Of a stretch of 64,000 nt of DNA, positions 10,330 to 18,488 are shown in pieces. The notes under the pieces were generated by a model, which did no database searches, had not been told where the DNA came from, and saw nothing but the letters and a program-made list of their open reading frames with translations. The translations under genes and the position numbers were made by a program. Source of the DNA: Candidatus Hadarchaeota archaeon. Lineage in GTDB: Archaea; Hadarchaeota; Hadarchaeia; Hadarchaeales; JAGGTB01. The stretch is taken from NCBI GenBank assembly GCA_964384105.1, contig CAYLJV010000001.1, forward strand, positions 192,001-256,000, read 5' to 3'. Numbering within the stretch: position 1 is the first letter of the stretch; every line of letters begins with the position of its first letter.

Positions 10330-10584
10330 TTACATTCCACCTTTGACTTTCCGCTTTACTCTGTGCTTTATCCATCTAGCTTTCATCTTCTTTGAAGCTA
10401 CCTGGGTCTTTGCGTAGTTGGATAGGCTCTTTATCCTTTCGCTTTCTTTTAGCTCATTCATCTTTTCTTGAGCTACCTGCTTAGCTATTCCTAGCTCGTT
10501 GGCTATTCCTTCTGCGTCCAATCTATCCATAGATGTTATGATATGGTTTGTTTGCGATCTCGACCAGTTAATAATGATCCCCAA
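10330..10584 (-). CDS. Small orphan ORF with possible HTH; may be a gene remnant
   Basis: AEGIANELGIAKQVAQEKMNELKE resembles an HTH; basic tail; AT-rich flanks. Confidence 0.35.
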   Translation of the reverse strand: MGIIINWSRSQTNHIITSMDRLDAEGIANELGIAKQVAQEKMNELKESERIKSLSNYAKTQVASKKMKARWIKHRVKRKVKGGM

Positions 10585-10880
10585 GAAAACACATGAGTCA
10601 AGTATGGTATAAAAATGTATACCCTCTGCGAGTAAAATCTCCTATAATTAAAGTTATTTCTTCCCCTAATTTGACTAAAAAGTTCTTTTTTGGACTTTTA
10701 ATTGAAAATAATATACTTTAAGATGTTTTAATGGGTGAAGGGGTTGGTATTTGGGGATTCGACTTTTGGGTCTATTGCTCCGGCTCGTGTTTTCAAATAT
10801 TTATAGTCTATCTTGGATAGTCCTAATAATTTACTATTTCCGGGGGATTGGCTCCCCTGCTGTAAAGCAGAACCGAAAAT

Positions 10881-10919
10881 TTTATAACTTTCTTTGCATT
10901 TTTGTGCATAGATGCAAAG
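10881..10919 (+). promoter_or_regulatory. TATA box plus palindromic candidate ArsR operator overlapping the arsR start
   Basis: tttataa at 10881; ctttgcat-N12-atgcaaag inverted repeat at 10892-10919. Confidence 0.6.
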
Positions 10920-11190
10920 TTTCTCTAAGGTTTTCAAGGCTCTGTCTTCCGAGCAAAGATTGAAAATAATAGACCATCTCTTGGAAGTCGGAGAGTACAA
11001 GTGCTACTGTGAGCTTGGAGAAGTTGTCGATAAGGATATGTCGGTGATATATAGGCACTTTAAAGCTCTTCAAGATGCAGGGGTCATAGAGACAAGAAAG
11101 AGGGGAAAGAGGCTTGAAGGTAGAATAAAAAATCAAGATAAAATTCGAGAATTGATTAAAATTGCGAAGGAGGTAAATAATGAAAGTTGA
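10912..11190 (+). CDS. arsR: ArsR/SmtB metalloregulator
   Basis: FKALSSEQRLKI, CYCEL metal box, RHFKALQDAGVI. Confidence 0.9.
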   Translation: MQSFSKVFKALSSEQRLKIIDHLLEVGEYKCYCELGEVVDKDMSVIYRHFKALQDAGVIETRKRGKRLEGRIKNQDKIRELIKIAKEVNNES

Positions 11191-11413
11191 GATTTTAGGG
11201 CCCGGATGTTCGAACTGCGAAAGACTAAAGGAAAACACTAAAGACGCTATAGAAGAGCTGGAGCTCTCGGGTATTGAATTAAGGGAAATTGATGATCCTG
11301 TAGAGATCGCCAGTAAAGGTGTCATGAACACGCCTGCGCTAATAGTAGATGGTGAGATTAAGATGGCTGGTAGGGTTCCGTCCAAAGAAGAGATTAAAAA
11401 GATGCTGAAGTAA
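11180..11413 (+). CDS. MTH895/ArsE-like small thioredoxin
   Basis: GPGCSNC, GVMNTPALIVDG; typical arsP partner. Confidence 0.92.
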   Translation: MKVEILGPGCSNCERLKENTKDAIEELELSGIELREIDDPVEIASKGVMNTPALIVDGEIKMAGRVPSKEEIKKMLK

Positions 11414-11414
11414 G

Positions 11415-12354
11415 ATGGTATTTGAAGAAATAGCGAATTTTTTAGTTTCACTTACTGGTCTGACTGGTCGACCAGCTGATGCTTTTCACTTCTGGGTCTA
11501 TGATAGTTTAAAGATAGTTTTCATCTTGTTTTTAGTGATATTTGGTGTTGGCTATCTAAGGACCTACCTAAAGCCTGAGAGGATAAGGGACTATCTGAAA
11601 GGTAAGCATAGCATAATCGGCTACGTTGGGGCAGGCCTCTTGGGGATAGTTTCGCCATTTTGTTCTTGCTCGACAATTCCCATTTTTCTTGGTTTTGTCA
11701 GTGCGGGAATTACCTTTGGTATGACTATAACATTTCTTTCGGTCTCCCCGATGGTCAATGAGGCGGCAACTGTTGTCCTATTTGGGGTATTAGGTTGGAA
11801 AGTGACTGTTCTATACATCTTGGGGGGAGTTAGTGTAGGAATTGCTGGCGGATATATTTTGACTAAATTGGGCTTTGATAGATATATAAGAAAATTTGAA
11901 GGGGTCGAGCAGTGTTATTGTGAAGCCGATGTCACCATAAGGGAACGGGTAGATAGAGCCTATAAAGAAGCGAAGGGGATCGTGAAAGGAGTTGTGCCCT
12001 ATGTACTTATCGGAGTGGGGATCGGGGCCTTTGTTCATGGATATTCATGGATATATTCCTGCAGAGTTTATTACCCAGTATTTAAGGGATTCGTTAGCTG
12101 TCCCTGCAGCGGTTATAATTGGTGTACCAATATATACTAACATAATGGGTGTTATTCCAGTTGTCGAGAGTCTTATAGGTAAAGGTCTTCCTATTGGGAC
12201 TTCAATAGCTTTTATGATGTCTGTTGCAGCTTTGTCCTTGCCCCAATTTGTAATGCTGAAAAAGGTCATGGAAAGAAGATTGATTATAGCATACGCATTA
12301 ATGATCTCAGTTGGGATAGTTTTGCTTGGGCTAGTTTTCAACACTTTTCTTTAG
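11415..12354 (+). pseudogene. arsP: ArsP (DUF318) permease, frameshifted
   Basis: PFCSCSTIP and SPMVNE motifs in the first frame; the C-terminal HGYIP...ALSLPQ is in a second frame after a tandem duplication at 12034-12053. Confidence 0.88.
12034..12053 (+). repeat. 10-bp tandem duplication ttcatggata x2
   Basis: Seen directly; causes the arsP frameshift. Confidence 0.9.
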
Positions 12355-12557
12355 GTAAAAACTCCGACTACTGGTTTTTTAAAGAAATCGTTTGGGTAGG
12401 GGGGGGATTAGATGTTTTTGATTCCTAATTTCTTCTTTTCAAAAATTTTAGACACATGTGAAAATTATCACTATTTTTTTGCTGATCGCTTTAATTCTAT
12501 AGCTTAGGACTTAAATATTATAGTCTTCATAATTGGGAACAAAAAGGAGAAGATAAG

Positions 12558-12902
12558 ATGTGTGAGAGTTCACCGCCTAACCAGAATAGACCGAAAAGTG
12601 GATTTGGAAAGCGAATACAGAAATTACAAGGGTTGGCGAAAGCTCTTCACTGTCCTACGAGATGGGACATAATCGATATAATTGGATCTGGATCGGCTAA
12701 GACCAAGGAGATTCGAGAGGGTTTAAAAAGAAAAGGTTACGATATCACCCAATCTGGACTTTATTATCATCTGTCGGAACTTAAAGACGCTGGCCTGATA
12801 GAAGTCGCCGAGTATGTCGAAGAGGGAAAGGGTGCTCCTGAAAAGGTTTGGAGACTGACTCGGGAAAAGATCGAGATTGATCTGGTAGTTTCAGGGGATT
12901 GA
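12558..12902 (+). CDS. ArsR-like winged-helix transcription regulator
   Basis: AKALHCPTRWDII, GLYYHLSELKDAGLI, GAPEKVW. Confidence 0.85.
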   Translation: MCESSPPNQNRPKSGFGKRIQKLQGLAKALHCPTRWDIIDIIGSGSAKTKEIREGLKRKGYDITQSGLYYHLSELKDAGLIEVAEYVEEGKGAPEKVWRLTREKIEIDLVVSGD

Positions 12903-13831
12903 TTTTCGTGGACTCTATTGTTCAAGCCCAGCAACTTTATAAGAGATTTAATGGAGTTCAGGCTGTAAATGGTGTTTCTTTTGAGGTCGAGAAGGGAGAG
13001 ATATTCGGATTTCTTGGCCCCAATGGGGCTGGTAAGACAACTACTGTGAGAATGTTAACTGGTGTTTTGGCTCCCGATTCGGGGGTTGCTTGGATAAATG
13101 GAAAAAATATCCAGGAAAAACCAAGTGAATCGAAAGCTGAGATTGGAATCGCTCCCGAGGTTTCTAATGCTTACGTTGATTTAACGGCATGGCAGAACAT
13201 TAACTTCATGGGGGAGCTCTATGGAGTACCCCAGCAGGAGAGGAAAGAGAGTGCGATTGAACTTCTGGAATTATTTGGATTATCAGATAGAATGAACGAT
13301 AAGGTTAAGGGATATAGTAAGGGGATGCAGAGAAGATTGATTTTGGCTATGGCCATGATTCACGATCCCCCATTACTTTTTCTAGACGAGCCCACAGCCG
13401 GTTTAGATGTTCAGAGCCAGCGCTTGATCAAGAGAAGAATTAGGGAGTTGAATGAAGACGGTAAAACAGTTTTTCTTACCACGCACAATATCCCAGTTGC
13501 AAATGAACTATGCGACCGGGTAGCTGTCATCAGCCGAGGGAGTATTGCGGCAATTGATGCGCCCGAGAACCTGAAGAGTACAATGAGGGGAACACAATCT
13601 GTCGAAGTCGGGTTTGATGGATTATATTCACCTAAGGATTTAGAAAAGCTTGACAAAATCGAAAAAGTGGAGAAAGTTGGAGATAAATACCGAATTTATG
13701 GCCCCGATCCGATTTGGATCACGGAGAAATTGTTTGATTTGGCAGAAGAAAAGAGTCTCAGACTAATCTCAGTTCGGACTTTGGGTCCAAGCCTTGAAGA
13801 TGTCTTTGTTGAGTTAACTGGAGATGAATAG
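12899..13831 (+). CDS. ABC-2 (DrrA-like) exporter ATP-binding protein
   Basis: GPNGAGKTT, YSKGMQRR, LFLDEPT, TTH, SLEDVF. Confidence 0.93.
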   Translation: MIFVDSIVQAQQLYKRFNGVQAVNGVSFEVEKGEIFGFLGPNGAGKTTTVRMLTGVLAPDSGVAWINGKNIQEKPSESKAEIGIAPEVSNAYVDLTAWQNINFMGELYGVPQQERKESAIELLELFGLSDRMNDKVKGYSKGMQRRLILAMAMIHDPPLLFLDEPTAGLDVQSQRLIKRRIRELNEDGKTVFLTTHNIPVANELCDRVAVISRGSIAAIDAPENLKSTMRGTQSVEVGFDGLYSPKDLEKLDKIEKVEKVGDKYRIYGPDPIWITEKLFDLAEEKSLRLISVRTLGPSLEDVFVELTGDE

Positions 13832-13833
13832 AT

Positions 13834-14586
13834 ATGAATTATGTTTCCCAATTTAAGAGATCTATTTCAGTAGCCAAGAAAAATTTGCGGATATATTACG
13901 TAAAAGGACCAGTTATTATATTCGGAATTCTCCTTCCGTTCTTTTTCTTTCTCGCATTTTGGCTAGGTAGAGAAATGTCTTCTATCATGCTCGGTACGGG
14001 ACTAGTGGGAATGGCGATTTGGTTTACATCGACTTCAATCAGTCCTGTTATTACGCCTTGGGAGACAAGAACGAAGACTCTTGAAAGACTAATCTCATCA
14101 CCAATTGGTCATTCTTGGATTTTGCTCGGAGATGTTTTGGCGTCGGTCCTGATAGGAATGATAATGACGATTATCCCCTTATCGATCGCTTTCGTTTTTT
14201 TGGATTTGGGTTTATTATATCCAATTTATCTGGTTCTTGGGCTTATTTCTGCTAGTTTTTGTTTTTCTGCGATAGGAGTACTAATGGCTGCTCTTCCTAC
14301 AGATGCCCCCTCAGATGTGATGATGTTGTCTTCTTTGGTTAAATTTCCTGTAATATTCATAAGTGGGATATTTATTCCGGTGAATGAGCTTCCTCGTTGG
14401 GGCCAAATTATTTCTCATGTATCTCCTCTCACTTATCTCACGGATTTAACTCGGCAAAGCTTTGGAGGTGGAGGTAGTTTTTGGCCGTCTCCTGTTTTAG
14501 ATACGTTGATTCTTGTGGCATTCTTCTTGATTTTCATGATACTTGCAATCATTTTACACAGAAAGACGCTCTCTGGTAGGCTTTAG
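13834..14586 (+). CDS. ABC-2 exporter permease
   Basis: About six TM segments; TLERLISSP, FISGIFIPVNELP, SPLTY. Confidence 0.9.
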   Translation: MNYVSQFKRSISVAKKNLRIYYVKGPVIIFGILLPFFFFLAFWLGREMSSIMLGTGLVGMAIWFTSTSISPVITPWETRTKTLERLISSPIGHSWILLGDVLASVLIGMIMTIIPLSIAFVFLDLGLLYPIYLVLGLISASFCFSAIGVLMAALPTDAPSDVMMLSSLVKFPVIFISGIFIPVNELPRWGQIISHVSPLTYLTDLTRQSFGGGGSFWPSPVLDTLILVAFFLIFMILAIILHRKTLSGRL

Positions 14587-14708
14587 TTAATGGGTAAAAA
14601 TATGGGCTGGAGACTGGTCCGCTTAATTATTTCAAATAAAAGAGTTTAGTCAAATAAAAAAACGAATTCGTTCAGTCTCGTAACTTTTTAACTTAGTGGC
14701 CTTGAGGG

Positions 14709-15470
14709 TCAACGTTTCAATTTCTTTGCTTTTACGTTTATACTCATTATTTTTGCATCTATAGATTCAGTTTCTTCAAAGGTTTCTTGGGATAGAATTT
14801 CGAATTTTTTAAATCCTGCGTCTCTGATTGTGTTAAGATAATCATTCTTTTCCATCGCCCCACCTATGCAGGCTGACCAAGCTTCGGGATCCTCTTTTAT
14901 TTCCTTCGGAAGCTTTCCTTCTGTCACGATATCGGAGATAATTATTCTTCCGCCTGGTTTGAGGACTCTATATATTTCCTTATATGTCTTGAGCTTATCT
15001 GTAGAGAGATTTATTACGCAGTTGCTGATTACGGTATCGAAGATTTGGTCTTCGAAGGGTAAGTCTTCAATTTTGCCTTTTTTAAATTCTACATTTTCGT
15101 ATCCGTTCTTCTTCGCTATTTCTCTGGCTTTTTTAACCATTTCTTCAGAGGCATCTATTCCCGTTGCGAGTCCACTCTCGCCTACTCTTTCGGAAGCTAG
15201 AAATACGTCTATGCCCAATCCTGATCCGAGGTCCAGTACGTTTTCTCCAATCTCCAAATCAACTAAGTTTAGTGGGTTTCCACATCCTAGTCCCCGAATA
15301 GCTTCTTTGGGTACTTTTTCTAAATCTTCTCGAGAATAGCCTATTTTTATACTTCGATTTTCGGATTCACTTTCACAACAGGAGGAAGTTGAGCAACAAC
15401 ACCCTTTATCTGTTTGCGCAATTTCGGAATATTTTTTCTCCACAAATCTGTTAATTTTTTCTTCTTTCAT
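14709..15470 (-). CDS. arsM: Arsenite S-adenosylmethionine methyltransferase
   Basis: N-terminal Cys cluster, GLGCGNP, VLDLGSG.G.D, ISNCVINL, WSACIGGA. Confidence 0.93.
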   Translation of the reverse strand: MKEEKINRFVEKKYSEIAQTDKGCCCSTSSCCESESENRSIKIGYSREDLEKVPKEAIRGLGCGNPLNLVDLEIGENVLDLGSGLGIDVFLASERVGESGLATGIDASEEMVKKAREIAKKNGYENVEFKKGKIEDLPFEDQIFDTVISNCVINLSTDKLKTYKEIYRVLKPGGRIIISDIVTEGKLPKEIKEDPEAWSACIGGAMEKNDYLNTIRDAGFKKFEILSQETFEETESIDAKIMSINVKAKKLKR

Positions 15471-15480
15471 TTTTTACTCC

Positions 15481-15759
15481 TTAACAACATGGTTCGATTT
15501 CATCAATTCCTAGTTCACGAAAAGTATTCTTTAGATCTTCGTCCGGAATTTTATAGACAACATTTTTACCGTCTCTTTTCTTCGCTAGTATCCCGGCCTC
15601 AACAAGTACTTTCAAATGTCTGGAGATGGTGGTCTGATCTTTGTCTACTACGGCTTCAAATTCACAAGCGCATCTTTCGTTCTCTAGCAAGTATTTTACT
15701 ATTCTTAACCTCGTTTCGTTCCCTAGGGCTTTGAAAAATTTTACTTTGTTTTCGATCAT
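15481..15759 (-). CDS. arsR: ArsR family regulator
   Basis: FKALGNETRLRI, CACE box, SRHLKVL, C-terminal CC. Confidence 0.92.
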   Translation of the reverse strand: MIENKVKFFKALGNETRLRIVKYLLENERCACEFEAVVDKDQTTISRHLKVLVEAGILAKKRDGKNVVYKIPDEDLKNTFRELGIDEIEPCC

Positions 15760-15852
15760 TTCTTTTTATGTATAAATGCACATATTTAAATATAATGTTC
15801 GACTGCAGATAATTACTGATTAATTTTGAAAAAATTGGTAATTTTTATTGAT

Positions 15853-15940
15853 TGGTGCGGGGAGAGGGATTTGAACCCTCGAACCCCTATGGGACAGCGC
15901 CCTGAACGCTGCGCCGTTGACCTGACTTGGCAACCCCCGC
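15853..15940 (-). tRNA. tRNA-Leu(CAG), CCA encoded
   Basis: Reverse complement GCGGGGGTTGCCAAG...gcagcg-ttCAGgg-cgctgt, long variable arm, GTTCAAATC, ending CCCCGC-A-CCA. Confidence 0.95.
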
Positions 15941-16009
15941 AATCACTGTAAGGTTATTTTAGGTTCGATTTCATTAGAGTTTTCCGAAGAATTCGTGATT
16001 CACAATCTA

Positions 16010-16150
16010 TGTTTTTTCTATAATCTTTGTTTCAGTACCGATTCTAGAGTTTTACATACGTGATCTCCAGTTACTTGGCTTCTTCAAGTAATTCTTCATC
16101 GATATAAACAGAGAATTATTCTTAGTTATTTTACCTTTTAATTTGGACAT
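16010..16150 (-). pseudogene. Remnant of CcdA-like/RHH antitoxin
   Basis: Fragments across frames: SVYIDEELLEEAK*LEI / VCKTLESVLKQRL*. Confidence 0.5.
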
Positions 16151-16494
16151 AATTTCATCTAGTAGAGTATCCTAAGGTTTTGGGTTAGAATATAAAATAG
16201 AGTAAATAAAAAAGAATTTTATCTACCTAATCCGGAAACCGGATATCTAGTTCATGGATTTTAGTCAACACCACTATTATTGTAGGTCTCAGTTCCTAGA
16301 CCTTTGGTTCTCATTTATTACTTCAGCAGTTTTGGTTGCATCAAATGTTTTACCAGCTTTTTTGGTTCTTTGAGATAATATTTACCCCTAATTTGATCTT
16401 AAAGCTTTATTTAGTAAGATTTTGAGTTCTTAGACTATTAAAGAGTTTAAATAAAAATAAAAAAATAAAAACTTATTATATGGTTCATTTGAGT

Positions 16495-16689
16495 CTACTC
16501 TATTTTCTTGACTTTTACGGCTCTTGGGCCTTTGTCTCCTTGTTCAGACTCAAACTCTACTCTATCGTCCTCGCCAAGAGACCCGGATTCTATGTCACTC
16601 GCATGAACAAAGAGATCTTCATCTCCTTCGTCTGGCGTGATAAAGCCGAAATTTTTCATTCTGTTGAAGAATTTTACTGTTCCTTTCAT
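16495..16689 (-). CDS. cspA: Cold-shock protein (CspA family)
   Basis: GTVKFFN..KNFGFI (RNP1), DLFVH (RNP2), KGPRA; strong AGGAGGTG Shine-Dalgarno site. Confidence 0.96.
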   Translation of the reverse strand: MKGTVKFFNRMKNFGFITPDEGDEDLFVHASDIESGSLGEDDRVEFESEQGDKGPRAVKVKKIE

Positions 16690-16867
16690 ATTGATACACC
16701 TCCTAAGGATACTAACGAAACACGAAATCCAAGAAAATCTTCAAAAAATTTGAAAATACCTTTAAACACGTGAAACAAGTTTCTCCATTATTCTTTACTA
16801 TCTAACACCTCGGTTTGCAAGCTTAAAAGAGTTCCCTTAAAGTCTATTCGAAAATTCCAGACAGATT

Positions 16868-17983
16868 TTATCTTTCATCAATGGGAATATATTCTCTGTT
16901 CTTTTTGCCCACGTACTTCTGCAGAGGCCTTATTAGCGTGTTTTCGTCGTACTGGTCCATCATATGGGTAGTCCATCCTGCGATTCTACTCATTGCGAAT
17001 ATCGGTATAAAGAAGTCGTCAGGTATCTCCAGATTTGCGTAGACTGAAGCTGCATAGAAATCTACATTCGGATAAATATCTTTTTTATCCATAACCGTTT
17101 CTGCTAATCGTTCTGAGAGGGAGCACCAATTATTTCCTTTCAATTCATCCAGCTTTGTGGCAACTTTTTTCAGTTCTTTTGCTCTTGGATCCATAGTTTT
17201 GTATACGCGATGGCCGAAACCAGGTATTTTTTCGCCCACTCGTAGCTTGTTTTCTACCCACTGCTCGGGAGTCGATTTCGTGCTCTTTACTTCTCTGAGC
17301 ATTTCCATAACTGCTTGACTCGCCCCTCCATGGATAGGCCCCATGAGTGTTCCAGTTGCTCCAACAACTCCAGCGTACATATCAGAGAGGGTCGATGCCG
17401 CAATCCTGGAGGAATAGGTTGAAGCATTCAATGTGTGTTCAGCGTGAAGTATGAAATCTATGTCCAGCGCTTTGCTTTCTATCGGATCTGGTTCCTCTCC
17501 CTTGAACATCCATAGGAAATTAGCTGCGTGGCTTAGGTCCGTTCGTGGCTGGACTAAGGGTTCACCTTCCCTGATTCTGTGACAATAGGAAATTATTGTA
17601 GGAATCATCGCAAGAAAATCTTTGCTTTTTTTGAGATTTTCTTCCGAGTTTATGACATGTAGGTTTTCGTCTAGAGAACCTCGGTAAGAGATAGCAGTTC
17701 TTAAGCTGACCATTGGGTGGGTAACTTTTGGAAGTGTAGTCAAAATTCCGATTATTTCTGGTGGTATTCTTCTTCTATCATCTAGATCTCCGGAAAACTC
17801 TTCCAACTCTTCTCTTTTTGGAAGACGTCCGTACCACAGCAGAAAGACTACTTCTTCATAGGATGAATTCTCGGCGAGGTCGTGGATTGAATAACCTCTA
17901 TATTCTAGTTTTCCATTTTCCCCATTTATCCTTGATATTTCCGATTCTTGGGCTACAACATCTCTCATTCCTTTTTTTACCAT
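16868..17983 (-). CDS. gltA: Citrate synthase / 2-methylcitrate synthase
   Basis: YRGY, HAEHTLNAST, GPIHGGA, GFGHRVYK..DPR, YPNVDF, SRIAGW. Confidence 0.93.
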   Translation of the reverse strand: MVKKGMRDVVAQESEISRINGENGKLEYRGYSIHDLAENSSYEEVVFLLWYGRLPKREELEEFSGDLDDRRRIPPEIIGILTTLPKVTHPMVSLRTAISYRGSLDENLHVINSEENLKKSKDFLAMIPTIISYCHRIREGEPLVQPRTDLSHAANFLWMFKGEEPDPIESKALDIDFILHAEHTLNASTYSSRIAASTLSDMYAGVVGATGTLMGPIHGGASQAVMEMLREVKSTKSTPEQWVENKLRVGEKIPGFGHRVYKTMDPRAKELKKVATKLDELKGNNWCSLSERLAETVMDKKDIYPNVDFYAASVYANLEIPDDFFIPIFAMSRIAGWTTHMMDQYDENTLIRPLQKYVGKKNREYIPIDER

Positions 17984-18078
17984 AAGCTACACACAATACT
18001 AATTATTCATTTTACTCTTTTCAATCCTGCGTTGTTTTCTTCTTATTCGAAGAGAGCTAGCCTTTTCAAGTAAATGTC

Positions 18079-18107
18079 AAAAGGGGCCCCAATGTGGCCA
18101 TCCTTTT
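18079..18107 (-). terminator. Hairpin downstream of the PC4-like gene
   Basis: aaaagg-at-ggcc-N7-ggcc-cctttt on the minus strand just after the stop. Confidence 0.35.
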
Positions 18108-18115
18108 CGGCCGTT

Positions 18116-18430
18116 TTAGGTATGACTTCCATATTTCTTCTTGAGCCCGCCGAGATCTCGCTCTTTTTCTTCTCTTTGAACTTCTTTAACATGCTCGTCC
18201 ATTTTATCGTCAGCTTCTTCTAAAACTTTCCTTACCTTTTCCACAAGGTTACTAGCTCTTTGAAAGGGTATATTGACACCCTTTTTAGTCGGTCCTTGGT
18301 AACTCCCTTTGTCTTTCCATTCTCTTATATCAAAGTAGTAAGAACCTTTGAATTCCTTCACTTGTATTTTTATAACTGATTGGTCGTCCTTTCTAATTTC
18401 TTCTGATGCTAGAACATCTTCATCTGCCAT
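18116..18430 (-). CDS. PC4/p15 (YdbC-like) ssDNA-binding protein
   Basis: VKEFKG..YFDIREW...PTKKGVNI PC4 signature. Confidence 0.88.
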   Translation of the reverse strand: MADEDVLASEEIRKDDQSVIKIQVKEFKGSYYFDIREWKDKGSYQGPTKKGVNIPFQRASNLVEKVRKVLEEADDKMDEHVKEVQREEKERDLGGLKKKYGSHT

Positions 18431-18488
18431 TCTTTATCTCCTCCGCTTAGTGTTTTGATCTAATAGTGAAAAATCTATCCTCAGTATA

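Noticed and set aside
10744-10764. ttggtatttggggattcgact as a possible att copy of the tRNA-Leu 3' end
   Set aside because: Similarity is too weak and gapped to support.
10728-11451. Minus-strand ORFs of 90 and 189 aa
   Set aside because: Antisense to arsR and the thioredoxin gene, with no recognisable motifs.
12399-12406. G8 homopolymer as a phase-variation tract
   Set aside because: Intergenic, about 150 bp from the next start, with no evidence it lies in a promoter.
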